Shown: piece by piece, positions 12,401-25,203 of the stretch
How the letters are laid out: every line of letters begins with the position of its first letter
Numbering within the stretch: position 1 is the stretch's first letter
NCBI GenBank assembly: GCA_051313645.2
Contig: JBNRSN020000006.1
Location: 52,824,001 to 52,888,000 of the forward strand
DNA: 64,000 nt
Origin: Centroscyllium fabricii
Lineage: Eukaryota
Direction of reading: 5' to 3'
Program-made: the position numbers and the translations under genes
Notes under the pieces: generated by a model
What the model was told of the DNA's origin: nothing
Database searches by the model: none
The model's input: only the letters and a program-made list of their open reading frames with translations

Positions 12401-14023
12401 AGAATGACAAGATCCTGAGGTGGCAGATCGAACTCTCGACCTATGAGTATGACATTCTTTACTGGCCCGGTAAGCTCAACGCGCCCCCGGACGCCCTGTC
12501 CAGGGGATCGTGCGCCAGTGCCCAGCTCAACAGACTGCAGGCCCTCCACGACAACCTCTGCCACCCGGGGGTCACCAGGCTCGCCCACTTTGTCAAGTCC
12601 CGCAACCTCCCCTACTCCATTGTGGAGATCAAGGCCATGACCAAAGAGTGCCCTGTCTGTGCTGAGTGCAAACCCCAATTTTACAGGCCAGACAGGGCGC
12701 ACTTCATCAAGGCCACCGGCCCCTTCGAGCGCCTGAGTGTGGACTTCAAAGGTCCTCTCCCCTCCGCTGACTGCAACTCATACTTCCTCACGGTCATTGA
12801 TGAGTTCTCCTGCTTCCGTTTTGCCTTCCCCTGCCCAGACATGATGAGTGCGACGGTGATCAAACACTTCACCACGCTTTTCGCGATCTTTGGTCTCCCC
12901 AGCTACATCCACAGCGACCGGGGGTCATCATTCATGAGCGATGAACTGCGTCAGTTTCTGCTCCAGCAGGGGATTGCCTCGAGCAGAACGACCAGTTACA
13001 ACCCCCGGGGGAACGGCCAGGTAGAGAGAGAGAGAACGGGACGATCTGGAAGGCTGTAACCTTGGCCCTCAAATCCAGAGGCCTTCCAGTCTCCCGTTAG
13101 CAAGAAGTGCTCCCCGACACGCTACATTCCATTCGTTCCCTGTTGTGTACCACCATTAACGCCACGCCTCACGAGAAACTGCTTTCATTCCCCAGGAGAT
13201 CGACTTCGGGGACAGCACTACCGCTGTGGCTGACCACCCCGGGGCCCGTTTTGCTTAGGAGACATGTCCGCAGCCACAAGACGGACCCCTGGTGGAACGG
13301 GTGCACTTGCTCCACGCCAACCCGCAGTACGCGTACGTGGTGTACCCGGACGTGCGCGAGGACACGGTCTCAATAAGGGACCTGGCGCCCGCCGGCGTCA
13401 CGGACACTGAACCCCCGGCCGAGCCCCAGCTCTGCCAAACACCAACCACCAGCCACGAGACACCCTGGCCTACACACACACGACACACACCGGGGCCCTC
13501 GACACCACCAGCTGACAACTGGGGGACTGACACCACGCTGCCAGCACCCGTAGCTGACAACACGCCCCGGACCCCTCTGCCGGAACCACCGAAACCGGCA
13601 CCCCATCGGTCCCTCCGACAGGCGAAACCACCGGAGAGACTGATTACGAAATGTTGACGGTGAACATGGACGAGCATTAACCCCGCCGGACTCATTCTAC
13701 AGAAGGGGTGAATGTGGTAAACCATTAGCAGGAATGCTATACCACTGTTGTACTACCGTACTGTTATCTGTAACTACCTTGCTGCTGCCTTTGTAAATAC
13801 TGTACTATGATCTGTAAATACCTGTATGCTAATACTTGTAGGAGCTTGCCCCGGCTGACCCCGCCTCTGACTCCACCTCCGGACTCAGGTACTTAGGTGC
13901 TTACTCATCCACCTCTGGTCAGTACACCTCTGAGCTCAGCCGAGACACGCTCCATTCTTTAGTGAATAAAAGCCGTATAGTTAAGGTTAACTCTTCATCT
14001 TTGGCCTTATTGATGGTACATCA
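9412..14023 (+). mobile_element. Full-length Ty3/Gypsy LTR retrotransposon (family 2), coding region disrupted
   Basis: TSD GATAT (9407-9411 and 14024-14028). 311-bp LTRs at 9412-9722 and 13713-14023, about 12 differences by eye. Gag ATG at 9747, protease LFDTGS, RT YLDN, integrase. PPT AGAAGGGGTGAA. Confidence 0.95.
9747..13657 (+). pseudogene. gag-pol of family 2 with multiple stops and frameshifts
   Basis: ORF pieces 9855-10166, 10254-10517, 10827-11444, 11413-11949, 11965-13059 and 13107-13657 are collinear with the family 1 polyprotein. Confidence 0.92.
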
Positions 14024-14699
14024 GATATGGACGCTGCGGATTGGTCAGTCGGATTCCAGGTTCCCTCCCACTCCTCCCAATAAGCAGAGCTAATTGCTGT
14101 AATACTCGCTGCTCACTACACAACTACGGAAGAAACTAATATCTTGTCCGACAGCAGTTACATCTGTAATGCAGTTATGGTTCTTCCCCTATATCATACA
14201 AATTAATTTTGCTCATCAGATGGTAATTTTTTTTTACATTCTGGTCTCCTCTGTAAGCTGTGGAAAGTGCTCCAGGAGCGAGTCGCCCCATGTCATTTAG
14301 GAAAGGTAGCAGCCCATCAGAAAGATTCATCTCCCCACTCCCGAGGTAACCAGGTAGCCGATCGCCTTGCTAAGGACGCTGCTGAGAACGGCTGTGTATT
14401 GCCTTGGTGGGTGATGAATGACATTCAGACACCATAGTGGGGGTGATAATTAAAACTAAAACCATTGATCTTTTGGCCCTAAACGATTCACACGCTCCCT
14501 ATGTGCAAGTAATAGCCTGGCATGAACAGGGTCGCCCACGACCAGCACCCACTCCATGGGCAAACGCAACTGTAGTTCAACATGGTGCGGATAAAAACCC
14601 TCCCATGCTAATGGTTAAAAATAAAAATAAAGAAGTTTGATGTTGGCGAGATTAGACTGCTCTCTCCCTTGTATATATGACCAAACCGACTGAGATCCC

Positions 14700-14989
14700 G
14701 CTAGCTTTCGCCGACGGAGTTTCCGGATGGCGGGGTATGGGTGGGAAGGGCACAAAAATCACGAGGGGCCCTTAAAATGGGATTACTCATGTCAATTAAG
14801 GACCCCTAATGACCTCAACGACCAACCCCGCTGGTGGCGGGCGGGAAAGATTTGGGCCGGCTGGACACGCCGCCCGAAAACTGTAAAGCGGCAGGGATCC
14901 GGCGGGAGGGATTGGGACCCCCGGTTTCAGGATTTTTAAGCCCCGCCCCACCGGAAACCTACCCTCACAGTCCGAGGAAAATCCACCCC
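14700..14989. mobile_element. One end of a Harbinger-type MITE
   Basis: GGGGCCCTTAAAATGG core and terminus ggaaaatccacccc, shared with 58934-59758. Confidence 0.7.
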
Positions 14990-17104
14990 AATGTCTTTGA
15001 TGGGTTTCATAGTCTGCAGGCTGGAAGCTTATGTTTATTCTGTTTGTTTTAGTTTCCCCGCCTGTCATATCAGAAATCCCTTTTGAAAACTGACTTTTGC
15101 AGGTTTTTGCTTTAAACTTATAGGCTTTCCCAATTAAAGTCCAAAAAGCCCCATCTCCTTTTGGGATCCCTACAATCAAATGTCCTGTATTGTAGGGTCC
15201 CTTAGCATACTGTAGTAATTCTGGTGTTCTAACCCAAAGTTCCTTTTCTGGAGGGTCCCCTTATTCCAATTAAGGTCCCCTTTATTAAAACTTGGGAGAT
15301 ATGGGAATTTTGAGAGTCCCAAACTTTAAGTTCAGTGCGTTCTTGCTGCAGGACTGGCTACAGGGGGCACTCACACGGTCATGGAATTTAAGGAATCTTC
15401 CCCGACCCTGCAGAGTTGGCAACAAGGTCCAAGGTGGGTGCGTCTTGGCCCTTCCACACCACCACTGCTAATCTCACGCTGAAGCTTGCGGGTGGTGTGG
15501 GCGGCACCGCGCCCGGGCGCTAGCTGCTTTGTGCCCCGTTAGCGCCTGCTAACGGGAGGCGCAAAGCAACCCAATTTTTCCCCCTTAGGCCGAGAAATTC
15601 AATTAGTCCGGAAAACGGCCGGTGCCACCGCAGGCCGAGGTTAATGGCTGCCTGTCGAAAGAGCACAGGCAGCAGCGGTATTCTAGTGCTGCCTGCTGAG
15701 TTACATGAGCGGAGCGTAGAACCTCTTGTGCAATGCGTTCTTTCCGGCGGTAACCTCATCAGGAAGCCGAAGGTCGTGTCTCAAGGATCAGTGCGCCGTT
15801 CTCGGGCAATGTGTTGTTTGGGATAATTTGGCGACAGCTCCTGGGTTTTGCTGGGTCAAGAGGTATCGAGTCCGCTGATGGCCCTTGTAGGGTTGGAGCA
15901 TTGTGCGCTGTGGCACATTAGGAGGCATTTCTTTGTCCACGGCTCCCCTCTTACTTCCTCGGACATTTGTCTGGGTCTTGTGTGGGGTCCACAAATGGGT
16001 TCCAGGCTGCCTGGTACTCCCACCTTCGCTGGCTGCCATCGGTCCACAGATGTTTCACCCATACGGTTGCTGTATGGTGGTTTGTGCTCCATCACGATGC
16101 TGGAGGTGGAGGTGGCGGGGGATGGGGAAGGGAATAGGAATGCACCATCTCGCAGTGACAGTGCACTAGCCTGCATATCGCAGAGGGGTATCACTCCCCG
16201 GTGAGTGGGTCTTACAGCACAGGCTTAGATCTGAAGGGACTGTGGCTGGAAACACCACAAAGATGTCCTTAAACTGTTGCCGGAGAAATCAATTGAAATA
16301 AAAAAAAGTTTTTAGAGGGAAACCTGAACCCCGTGGTCAGGAGTTTACTGGTGTAAATCGTACAGAAGAGAGTTCAATTAAATTTATAACAGCAGACGAC
16401 TTTTGAAGAACACTTGGTGAGAATAAGGTGTTAAGCTTTTTAAAAAGACTTCCAAACTTTGCATTTTATCAGTTTCGAAACTAGAAAACCCAATTTGTAA
16501 AATTTAAGGAAATGCAGTTTTGATTTGTTCCCTGAGATTATTACAACTGTAGTAGAGTATAGTTTATTTTAAAAGTATTTACCTCATGTAATGTTTGATT
16601 GACCAGGTGGGAGGTTTGATGCATCTCATTGGACGCAGTTTTCAATCCAATTATATAGTCTGAGCTCTCCATAGTTACCAGTTATCTCAGCAGCTGTTTA
16701 CTGTATGTGTTATAACTCACCGCCGCTTTCTCCCGGCTCTATGCACTGTCAATGGCTGCACACATGGGCGTGCTTTGGTGAGGGCGGTAAGAGGAGCGGT
16801 GAGCTCCAAAATGGATGAGCGTGTGTCAAGTCAGTGTCGCACACAGATACACGTCGCGCTCCTGGTAATTAAAGTACTTGCAGCGAGCGCAGGCAATGGC
16901 AGCACTGCCGACCTGCCCAATATGGCGGCCACCGCATTCAGCACCGGAAATGGGCGGAAGCGAGGCAGCCGCCAGTTTTTCTACTAAACCAGCCTTAACA
17001 GCCAGTGTAAAATCATTGGATTTCTGGGCCACGCTGCTTTACCTGAATGGTTGGTTCCTGACCATGGATTGACCTGCCTTTGTACGTCACTGAGACATAT
17101 GCCA

Positions 17105-18110
17105 GGGTGTTCTTGTGCACCAGTCACTGAAGGTAAGTGTTTTGTTTTGTATGTGAGTTCCAAGACGACACATTTATGAAGGAGAATGTTGTTTAATCTA
17201 AAGTATGTTAAAGTAACTTACAGCTTTTACATGAGGCTTTTACAGAGCTTTACAAAGACTCCATCTTAGAGATCCATTTTAAACTGAAACCAAAACTAAC
17301 TAGCTTCTTGTCACATTCCCTCTGCTGGTCAGGCATAGATAATCAAACAGGCAACTATGATCGCTCTGCTAGTTAGGCATAAATAATCAAACCAGTAAAC
17401 ATGATCACTGTTTGCTGCTATCATTACAGTAAGCATGCAGATGCAACAGGCGGTTAAGAAGGCAAATGGTATGTTGGCCTTCATAGCAAGAGGGTTCGAA
17501 TATAAGAACAAGGATGTCTTGCTGCAGCTCTACAGGACCTTGGTGAGACCACATATCGAGTATTGTGTGCAGTTTTCGTTGCCTCATCTGAGGAAGGACG
17601 TTCTTGCCATTGAAGGAGTGCAGCGAAGATTCACCAGGCTGATACCTGGGATGGCAGGAATGACGTATGGGGAGAGATTGAGTCGATTGGGCTTATAGTC
17701 ACTGGAGTTCAGACGATTGAGAGGGGATCTCATCGAAACCTATAAAATTCTGTCAGGCCTGGACAGACTGGATGCAGGAAGGATGTTTCCGATGAAAGGG
17801 GAGTCCAGAACCAGGGGCCATAGTCTAAGTTTGGGAAAGCCATTTAGGACTGAGATGAGGGGAAATTTCTTCACCCAGGGAGTGGTGAACCTGTGGAATT
17901 CTTTGCCACAGAGGGCGGTGGAGGCCAGTTCATTAAATATATTCAAGAAGGAGTTGGATATATTTCTTCAGGCTGAAGGGATCAAGGGATATGAGGAGAA
18001 GGCAGGGACAGGGTACTGAATCTGAAAGATCAGTCATGATCTAATTGAATGGCGGAGCAGGCTCGAAGGGCCGAATGGCCTACTCCTGCTCCTATCTTCT
18101 ATGTTTCTAT
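17105..18110 (+). mobile_element. CR1 LINE 3' part, interrupted by a solo LTR
   Basis: KKANGMLAFI...LYRTLVRPHIEYCVQF...RGDLIETYKIL...VVNLWNSLP; ctatgtttctatg tail. Confidence 0.9.
17138..17428. mobile_element. Solo LTR (291 bp)
   Basis: TG...CA termini with 5-bp TSD GTAAG (17133-17137 and 17429-17433). The CR1 sequence is contiguous once it is removed. Confidence 0.85.
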
Positions 18111-18250
18111 GAATGTTCTCTGGGCATCTCCTGCTCAGCAACTGTAACTTTGGCGTGAATGGGTTTTCACCGTACTTCAACCAAAGTTATGGTGGTGGTG
18201 GAGGAGTAGACGTCACGAGGAACTTATCAATGAGAGTGATCTTTGAGATA

Positions 18251-18719
18251 GGCGAGGCGGTGACGTAGTGGTTATGTCACTAGGCTAGTAAGTCACTAGG
18301 CTAGTAATGCTCTGAGGATATGGGTTCAAATCCCACCACGGCAGCTGGTGGAATTTAAATTCAATTCAATTTAATTCTGGAATTAAATGTTAGTCTTAGT
18401 AATGGCGACCATGATACCATTGTCGATTGTTGCAAAAACCCATCTGGTTTACTAATGTCCTTTAGGGAAGGAAATCTGCCATCCTTACATGTGACTCCAG
18501 ACCCACAGCAATGTGGTTGACTCTTAATGCCCTCTGAAATGGCCACTCAGTTGTAAAACAACTGCTACGCAACATTGTGGGTGTACCTACACCATATGCA
18601 CTGCAGCGGTTCAAGAACGCGGCCCACCACCATCTTCTCAAGAGCAATTAGGGATGGGCACCAAATGCAGGCCTAGCCAGCCAGCGACGCCCACATCCCA
18701 TCAACGAATTTTTAAAAAA
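18251..18719 (+). mobile_element. tRNA-derived SINE; related minus-strand copies at about 40215-40430 and 47215-47540
   Basis: A-box-like ggtgacgtagtgg, B-box gggttcaaatccc, 3' end gcgacgcccacatccc plus A/T tail. Confidence 0.75.
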
Positions 18720-19044
18720 TGCACATTCAGCAGCTGGTTTAACATTGGCAGCTCACAGAACAGCACAAAACAAACCCCTCACCTATAAGTTTCTTCACTG
18801 AAGAAATGATCACTGTTATTATCAATAAACTGAAGAACAGCTCAATTATACAACACAACGTAAAGAACATTTTTTAATTTTAATGATTGATAACAAGCAT
18901 TAAACAGTAAAATACTAAACCACCTTAAAGTTTTCAGATAAATATGCAGAGTAAATGCAGCATATACAATTCCAATTAGGAAGATTAACTTTAGAATGAA
19001 AATGCTGCACTATTTTGCACATTTAATAAATCGCCGAGCAAACA

Positions 19045-19290
19045 TTACAAACAAGAAATGAAAAATCTGCAGCTGGTGGAAATCTGAAACATAAACAGAA
19101 AATGGTGGAAACACTCAGCAGGTCAGGCAGCATCTGTGCAGGGAACAGACTCATTAATGTTTTGAATACAAATTCTTCAAAACGTATTTGAAGAAGGGTG
19201 TGCACCCAAAACATAAAGTAGTCTGCCATCTCCCACAGGTGCTGCCTGACCTGCTGAATAGTTCCAGCGTTTTCTGCGTAAACATTACAC
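19045..19290. repeat. Palindromic Penelope-like repeat; related copies at about 51010-51150 and a half copy at about 46840-46890
   Basis: Inverted arms cagcaggtcaggcagca / tgctgcctgacctgctg, with a degenerate tgaagaagggt..cccaaaac core between them. Confidence 0.65.
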
Positions 19291-20124
19291 CCGTTTGTCA
19301 ACTAAAACTATTGATTTAATATTAATTTTAAAAATTACATCACATTTATCAAACTAAGATACAAGACGTGTCTGTTTGGGTTTATTTTTGACAGCCTCCG
19401 GTGAAGGATCATACTGTACCTTGCTCTGACATGAAGAATAAAGAGGCTGTGAATTGTTTATGACTGACCGTGCACCAGCTCTGTGAAAATTGACAGTAAC
19501 TCAGCAGCAACCTGACATTTCATCCAAATCCTCTAACTCTGACTGGTTAACAAAGCTGATCACAATACCTTACAATATCTGCCAATGGACTGCTATCAGA
19601 TCGTATGTTATTTCCAGTTACACGATCAATTCAATTTAGCAACCATTGCTGAGTGTGCAGTTGTGCTAGTAATTACTGCTTGACACACATTTGCCAATTG
19701 TAGTGGTACGTATTTGCTTTATTCTGGCAGTAATGTGAAACTATCCTGACCTCACTTGCATTTAAAATTCAGGAGAACTAATTAGCAAGAAAGCCTTAAG
19801 TGCTATTAACAGAATTTTTTTTAAACTTTGTAATAACCCAAGACTGGAGATGGAAAATATTTTTTCAAATGCTATTGTTTAAGCAATGGTAAGAGACGTT
19901 ATCATGAGTGGTTAATTTTACATATTTTATCTATAAAACATGAATTAACAATACCATTGGAGCTGCATTAATGGTATTGCATATCCAAGTAAAGCAAGAT
20001 GAACATGATGGGCTCTGCGTATCCTGTTTCATTTCTATAATGTCGTAGTACTCTCAGTAGAGTCCAGCCCCTCTCACCTAAACCCTCAGCGCTCCCACAC
20101 AGCTTGGGACGTTTTACTATGTTA

Positions 20125-20545
20125 ACATAGAAACATGAGATAGGAGCAGGAGTAGGCCATTCGGCCCTTCGAGCCTGCTCCGCCATTCAATAAGATCATG
20201 GCTGATCATCCAATCCCAGTACCCTATCCCTGCCTTCTCCCCATATCCCTCGATCCCTATCGAGCCTGCACCAACACATATCCCACCCTATCCCCGTAAC
20301 CCCACATATTCAATCCCACTAACACTAAGGGTCAATTTATCATGGCCAATCAACCTAACCCACACATCTTTGGACTGTGGGAGGAAACCGGAGCACCCGG
20401 AGGAAACCCACGCAGACACGGGGAGAATGTGCAAACTCCACACAGATAGTACCCGAGGCTGAATTTGAACCCGGGTCTCTAGTGCTGTGAGACAACAGTG
20501 CTAACCACTAAAAGCGCTATATAAATACAAGTTGTTGTTGTTATT
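20125..20545 (-). mobile_element. CR1 3' tail (about 20125-20260) and V-SINE (about 20270-20510)
   Basis: V-domain ggaggaaaccggagcacccggaggaaacccacgcagacacggggagaatgtgcaaactccacac with tRNA head on the minus strand. Confidence 0.8.
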
Positions 20546-21228
20546 AAGAGCTATAAAAATATAACTTCTTCCCTGGAAACGAATCTGAATGCTCTTGAGT
20601 TGTGCGATTGTTAAGTGCTCCAGCCCACTCATTGAAAGCAAGCTAGTTCCTCCTAAAACATGGCGGCTATATTTCATTGTCTCATTGGGTACTTATACAG
20701 TTGCCTTCAGTTGGCTAGCCAAGCCAGAAATCAAGGATGCCTCCACAACTACATCGTCAAGGCGCTGTGTGATCCGTTCAGGTGAGAACTTGTCAAAGGC
20801 GCCTAAGTTTGTGGATTTGGGTTTGGAGCCGCTTTACATTTAGATTTGCACCCCTCGTAAATGTGAGGCATCTTAACCTCTTCACTCAGCCTGATTATTC
20901 CTAATGGTCATTGCTTTTCACATGTATATTATTTTCCAAATGGTTTTTGGAGCCAATTTTTATATTTTTCTACATTTTAAGTCTTGATAATATCTCCCAA
21001 TCTTTTTTTTTGTTGTATTTCTCTTCATTTTTCAGCCAATTGTTACCAGTACTCTTGCTGGCTGAAAGGTGAATGAGCTGGGCCATCATCTTCTCCACAG
21101 CTGCTGTCAAATGCGTTTGAGTCTGGTAGAGAGGTGGCATCGACAGACAGGGAAAATCTTAGTACTCTTCTGCATCCCTAGATTGATGGCCTTGCCACAG
21201 CAGAGATTCATCTATCACCCCAAAATAA

Positions 21229-21476
21229 TTGTAAGAAGTCACACAACACCAGGTTATAGTCCAACAGTTTTATTTGAAATCACAAGCTTTCGGAGCACAG
21301 CTCCTTCATCAGGTGAGCACAGCTCCTTCCTCAGGTGAGCACAGCTCCTTCACCTGAGGAAGGAGCTGTGCTCCGAAAGCTTGTGATTTCAAATAAAACT
21401 GTTGGACTATAACCCGGTTTTGTGTGACTTCTTACAGTTGTCCACCCCAGTCCAACACCGGCACCTCCACATCATG
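21229..21476. mobile_element. Penelope-like insertion with inverted pseudo-LTR arms carrying minimal hammerhead ribozyme cores
   Basis: Inverted repeat of about 85 bp (21231-21316 vs 21350-21435). CTGANGA-AGGAGC-tgt-GCTCC-GAAA on both strands. 12-bp flanking duplication ACCCCAAAATAA. Confidence 0.75.
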
Positions 21477-21704
21477 ACCCCAAAATAAAGGTGAGTTCAA
21501 GTCAATCTCAGTTGAGACGAAAATATTTTGTTCTCATGAGAATTTTACTATTATAATTTTGTTTTCGCGTATTCTGAAATTGAACAACTCCTGTGTTTCG
21601 CAGATTCCGTTTTCCAGCAATGTATAAAACATGAGCCAATTTGAGTGATCGTCTTCAAGGTTACAACACTGAACATCATAACGTGAGGTGTGAACAAATA
21701 GCAA

Positions 21705-22112
21705 AGCATAAAGACCCTGCAGCGGGTAGTCAAAACTGCTCAACGAATCACCGGTACCCAGCTACCGTCAATGGAAAGCATCTACCTCAAACGCTGCCTA
21801 CGGAGGTCTCTGAACATTATTAAAGACCCCGCACACCCCAGCCACAGTCTGTTCGCCCCCCTGCCCTCCTGGAGACACTACAGATCAATTTGCACCCGCA
21901 CGACGAGATTTAAGAACAGCTTCTTCCCCAGGGCTGTCAGCCTCCTGAACTCTAAAAATAAACTCCGGTACCTGCACACCTGAAAATGTACTTTACTGTA
22001 TGCAATTTGCATGTAATTTATTTGCACTACTCTCGGGAGCGGCGAGTCTTCATCTCGTTGGATTGTACTAGTACTCTGCAATGACAATAAAACTTGAATT
22101 GAATTGAATTGA
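21705..22112 (+). mobile_element. Rex1/Babar-type LINE 3' fragment
   Basis: LQRVVKTAQRI...IIKDPAHPSHSLFAPLPSWRHYRSICTRTTRFKNSFFPRAVSLLN; aataaa followed by a (TTGAA)n tail. Confidence 0.85.
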
Positions 22113-22557
22113 GAATGTTGCTTTCAACATAGTTGTCATACTGGGACTAGTCTGCAAACAGACTATAAATTACCTATTTGTCAGTTAAAGCAGAAATCTT
22201 TGCACTCGTATTTCATAAACACAGTGTTACAGAGTTAGGATCATATCTGTGTATTAATTTAGGATCCTTATTTCAATAAAGCAAATAGGGACCATTTTAT
22301 CACAGTAAATCAAACATCTGCAAGAAACGTGTAAAGATTTCAGTATAAATAGAATGACCCGTGGATGGAAAATCATCCAACAATTGTATACTTTGCCACC
22401 TAACAGCCCATTTCTTAGCTTAAACAGCTATTTAAACCTTAAAAACACATGAAACTGAACCCTGAAATATAGTTGATAGGCTTTGGTTGATTTAAGACAG
22501 TAATGTTGATCAGTACATTTTCGAGGAGTTCTTCAATTTCAATTAAAAAACTTTAGT

Positions 22558-22821
<264 letters not shown>

Positions 22822-23213
22822 CTACAAATGTGCTTGTCGAGGGACACAACCCACTGCATACAAGCGCAAGATGGCAAACTCCTAAACGTAGGGGGTGATT
22901 TTCTGACATCCGAGGAGGCGGGTTTGGAGGCGGGAAAGGCGAGAAAATTAGAAACAACGACCGGAATTTTTCCAGAATGGCAGGGAATTGGCAGGGATTG
23001 GTCAGGGCGGGTTTTGGCCCCGCCCGATAAAGTGCCTGCATTTCCCACGAGATTTTAGTCTAAGTACCCAATTAAGTCCCCGCCTGTGGGAAGCCTTCTC
23101 AATCACCGATTTCCAGTCAGAAAGTCGTAGAATATGACGTCAGATTACGCCTTTCTTTTAATGAACACAGCTCGCCTCCCGCACTGCTCAGCATTCTACA
23201 AGCCTTCAGCAGG

Positions 23214-25203
23214 ATGGCTGAGCGTGAGGGTGCTGCATCGGGCAGCGGGAGGGGACGACCCGCCCCCAAATTTGATGACGCCTCACTCGACGCATTAGTC
23301 GAGGGGGCAACGACCCATAGGGAGGTTCTCATCCCCTCCTCAGGGAGGAAGAGACCTCCCTCCTAGACCAGGGCTGCTTGGCTGCAGGTGGCTGAGGGGG
23401 TCAGCTCCTTGGGCACAACACCCTGGTCCAGGGTCCAGTGTCGCAAGAGATTGCATGACCTGCACCGCACTGCAAAAGTGAGTATTCATTTCCCATCACC
23501 CTCAATCTCATTCCCCTCACCTCTCCTCACCACAACTTATCTTCACCACTCCCTTCCTCCACATCCCACTTCCCCATCACATCCACGCAACCTGACCCAT
23601 TCTCTCTCTCTCTATGCTCACCATCACGGTCCTTTTCCTCCATGCAGCCCTCACACTGCCTCTCACTCTCATGCTTGCAGCACATCTGGCACCACACAGA
23701 GGGAGCCTTTAGTCTTGCAGGCTCACTGCATCTTTGTCACTCTCCAACAAACTTTGCTGCTCAGTCGCTGCACCAACTTCTTCCTTCTCACTCAACCTCC
23801 ACTTCTCTCCCTCATTGAAGTAAAAGACAGCCGCCAACAAGCGGCACAGAGCTGGGACCGGAGGAGGACCCCCCACCATCCTGCAGCTAACCACCTGGGA
23901 GGAGGCAGTTCTGGAGCTCGGTGGGGAGGGGCAAGCCCCGGGAGTGGGTGATGGCGAGGCAGGCATGCAATCTGAAGCTTTTGACACCATGGTTTCATTT
24001 CTGTTTATTAGCTAACACATGAGCCTGGCACAATGAATGTAAAAGCACTGCAGAGGCACCTCTGCTCAGCTCCTGAATACTACCTGTATGTAACCTTGGT
24101 GACATATCTCTAACCTCTTCCTTTACTGCCCCACAGGACCAGCCGCAGCAGGCCGCCCGAGGACTGGTGAGGACGAGGCCGCCCCTGTTCAGTCCTCAGA
24201 GGAACCTGCCCCCTCTGAGGGCGCACCGTCAGCAGCACAGACACCACCCGGCACCAATGCAGATACTAGCACCTCGGTGGGTCCCCCTAGAGCTACATCT
24301 GACTTGTCACCGGGTGATTCAGACAACACAAGTGAGCCTCAGCAGATTGTGGAGACAGGGACAGCATTGCAGGGTCCTAGTCGGAGGGCGCAGGACTCTG
24401 CCAGCTTAGCTGAGCTGCATGTCGACCCAGTGCCTCTGGATCCATCAGGCAGAGGACAGATGATGGGACTCCAGACACAGATGCAGGCGTCTCTGACAGA
24501 TTTTGTCTCCCAGGTAGCTGTGAGTGTCATGTGAATTGAGGAGTCTGTCGCAAGCATGAGAAGCTCCTTTGTGGAGTCAGTGGTGCATGATCGCATCACC
24601 ATGGCAAGGATGGCAACCACCATGGAAAGGATAGCGACTGTGGACGAGAGGATGGCAACAGCCATCGAGCACATAAGTTGCCAGTGTTTCGAAGACATGG
24701 GGACTGTTCACAGTAGAGTCACATCTCTTGAGCAGCGAGTGGCATCTATTGAGCAGAGGAACCAGACCTTCGTGGAAGTCCCTCTCAGTAGGACTTCCAC
24801 TGCAGATACGGGTCCCCATGGCCACCCTGAAGTGCAGCAAGGTGCTGTCCAGCCACTTGCTGCCGCTGAGGGGGAGTTGACCCATGAGAGGGCGGTTGGT
24901 AGTGCAGATGCAGGAGGTGGGGGCTCCTCTCCAAGCGCTCCCACGTCCACACCACTGCAGAGCCCTCAGTCAGAGGCCCGCTGGAGTCCCCATCCACCTG
25001 AGATGGAAGTGTCAGAACCTGCCCAGCCGCAGGAGCAGCAGACTGGTGGCGAGCCCACACAGGCTCGCCGCCCCAGAGGACGACCGGCAAAGGTGTCCAC
25101 ACAGGAGCAGCAGGGAACTCAGCAGGGGGCCTCCACATCTGCTGACACCACAGGACCAGCACCACGTAGGAGCACTCGTAAAAGAACACTTAAGCACCCT
25201 TAG
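23214..25203 (+). pseudogene. Harbinger Myb/SANT-like (trihelix) accessory gene, three exons (about 23214-23477, 23821-23962 and 24137-25203), with in-frame stops
   Basis: MAEREG...APKFDDASLDALVEG...AAWLQVAEGVS...RVQCRKRLHDL...|gtgagt. Exon 2 contains GTGGGP. Stops at 23364, 23821 and 24532. Confidence 0.8.

Larger units (their letters stand above)
668..14660 (+). pseudogene. Decayed endogenous retrovirus-like gag-pro-pol with two RNase H domains, in fragments at about 668-1315, 7728-8243, 8677-9411 and 14024-14660
   Basis: Zinc-knuckle remnant CYNYGKVGHFAKDC (798-839). Protease LIDTGS continues across the insertion into EILGNDTL. RT N-terminus KQCPIP...NSPAWSVRKPNDS*RLTMDLRALNK. Tether/degenerate RNase H PFHLEVGST...RPIA*ASRIL...CERHLLA. 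Second RNase H VYVDGSS...Q*AELIAV...NILSDSSY...KVAAH...GNQVADRLAK. Contains stops, and the RT core is deleted. Confidence 0.8.

Noticed and set aside
19385-19465. Possible plus-strand terminal exon (ttttgacag|PPVKDHTVPCSDMKNKEAVNCL*)
   Set aside because: No recognisable homology and no upstream exons in the window; consistent with chance.
21990-22557. FER1L6 poly(A) signal
   Set aside because: The nearest minus-strand AATAAA I found (about 22018-22023) lies inside a LINE fragment, so the 3' end cannot be fixed from sequence alone.
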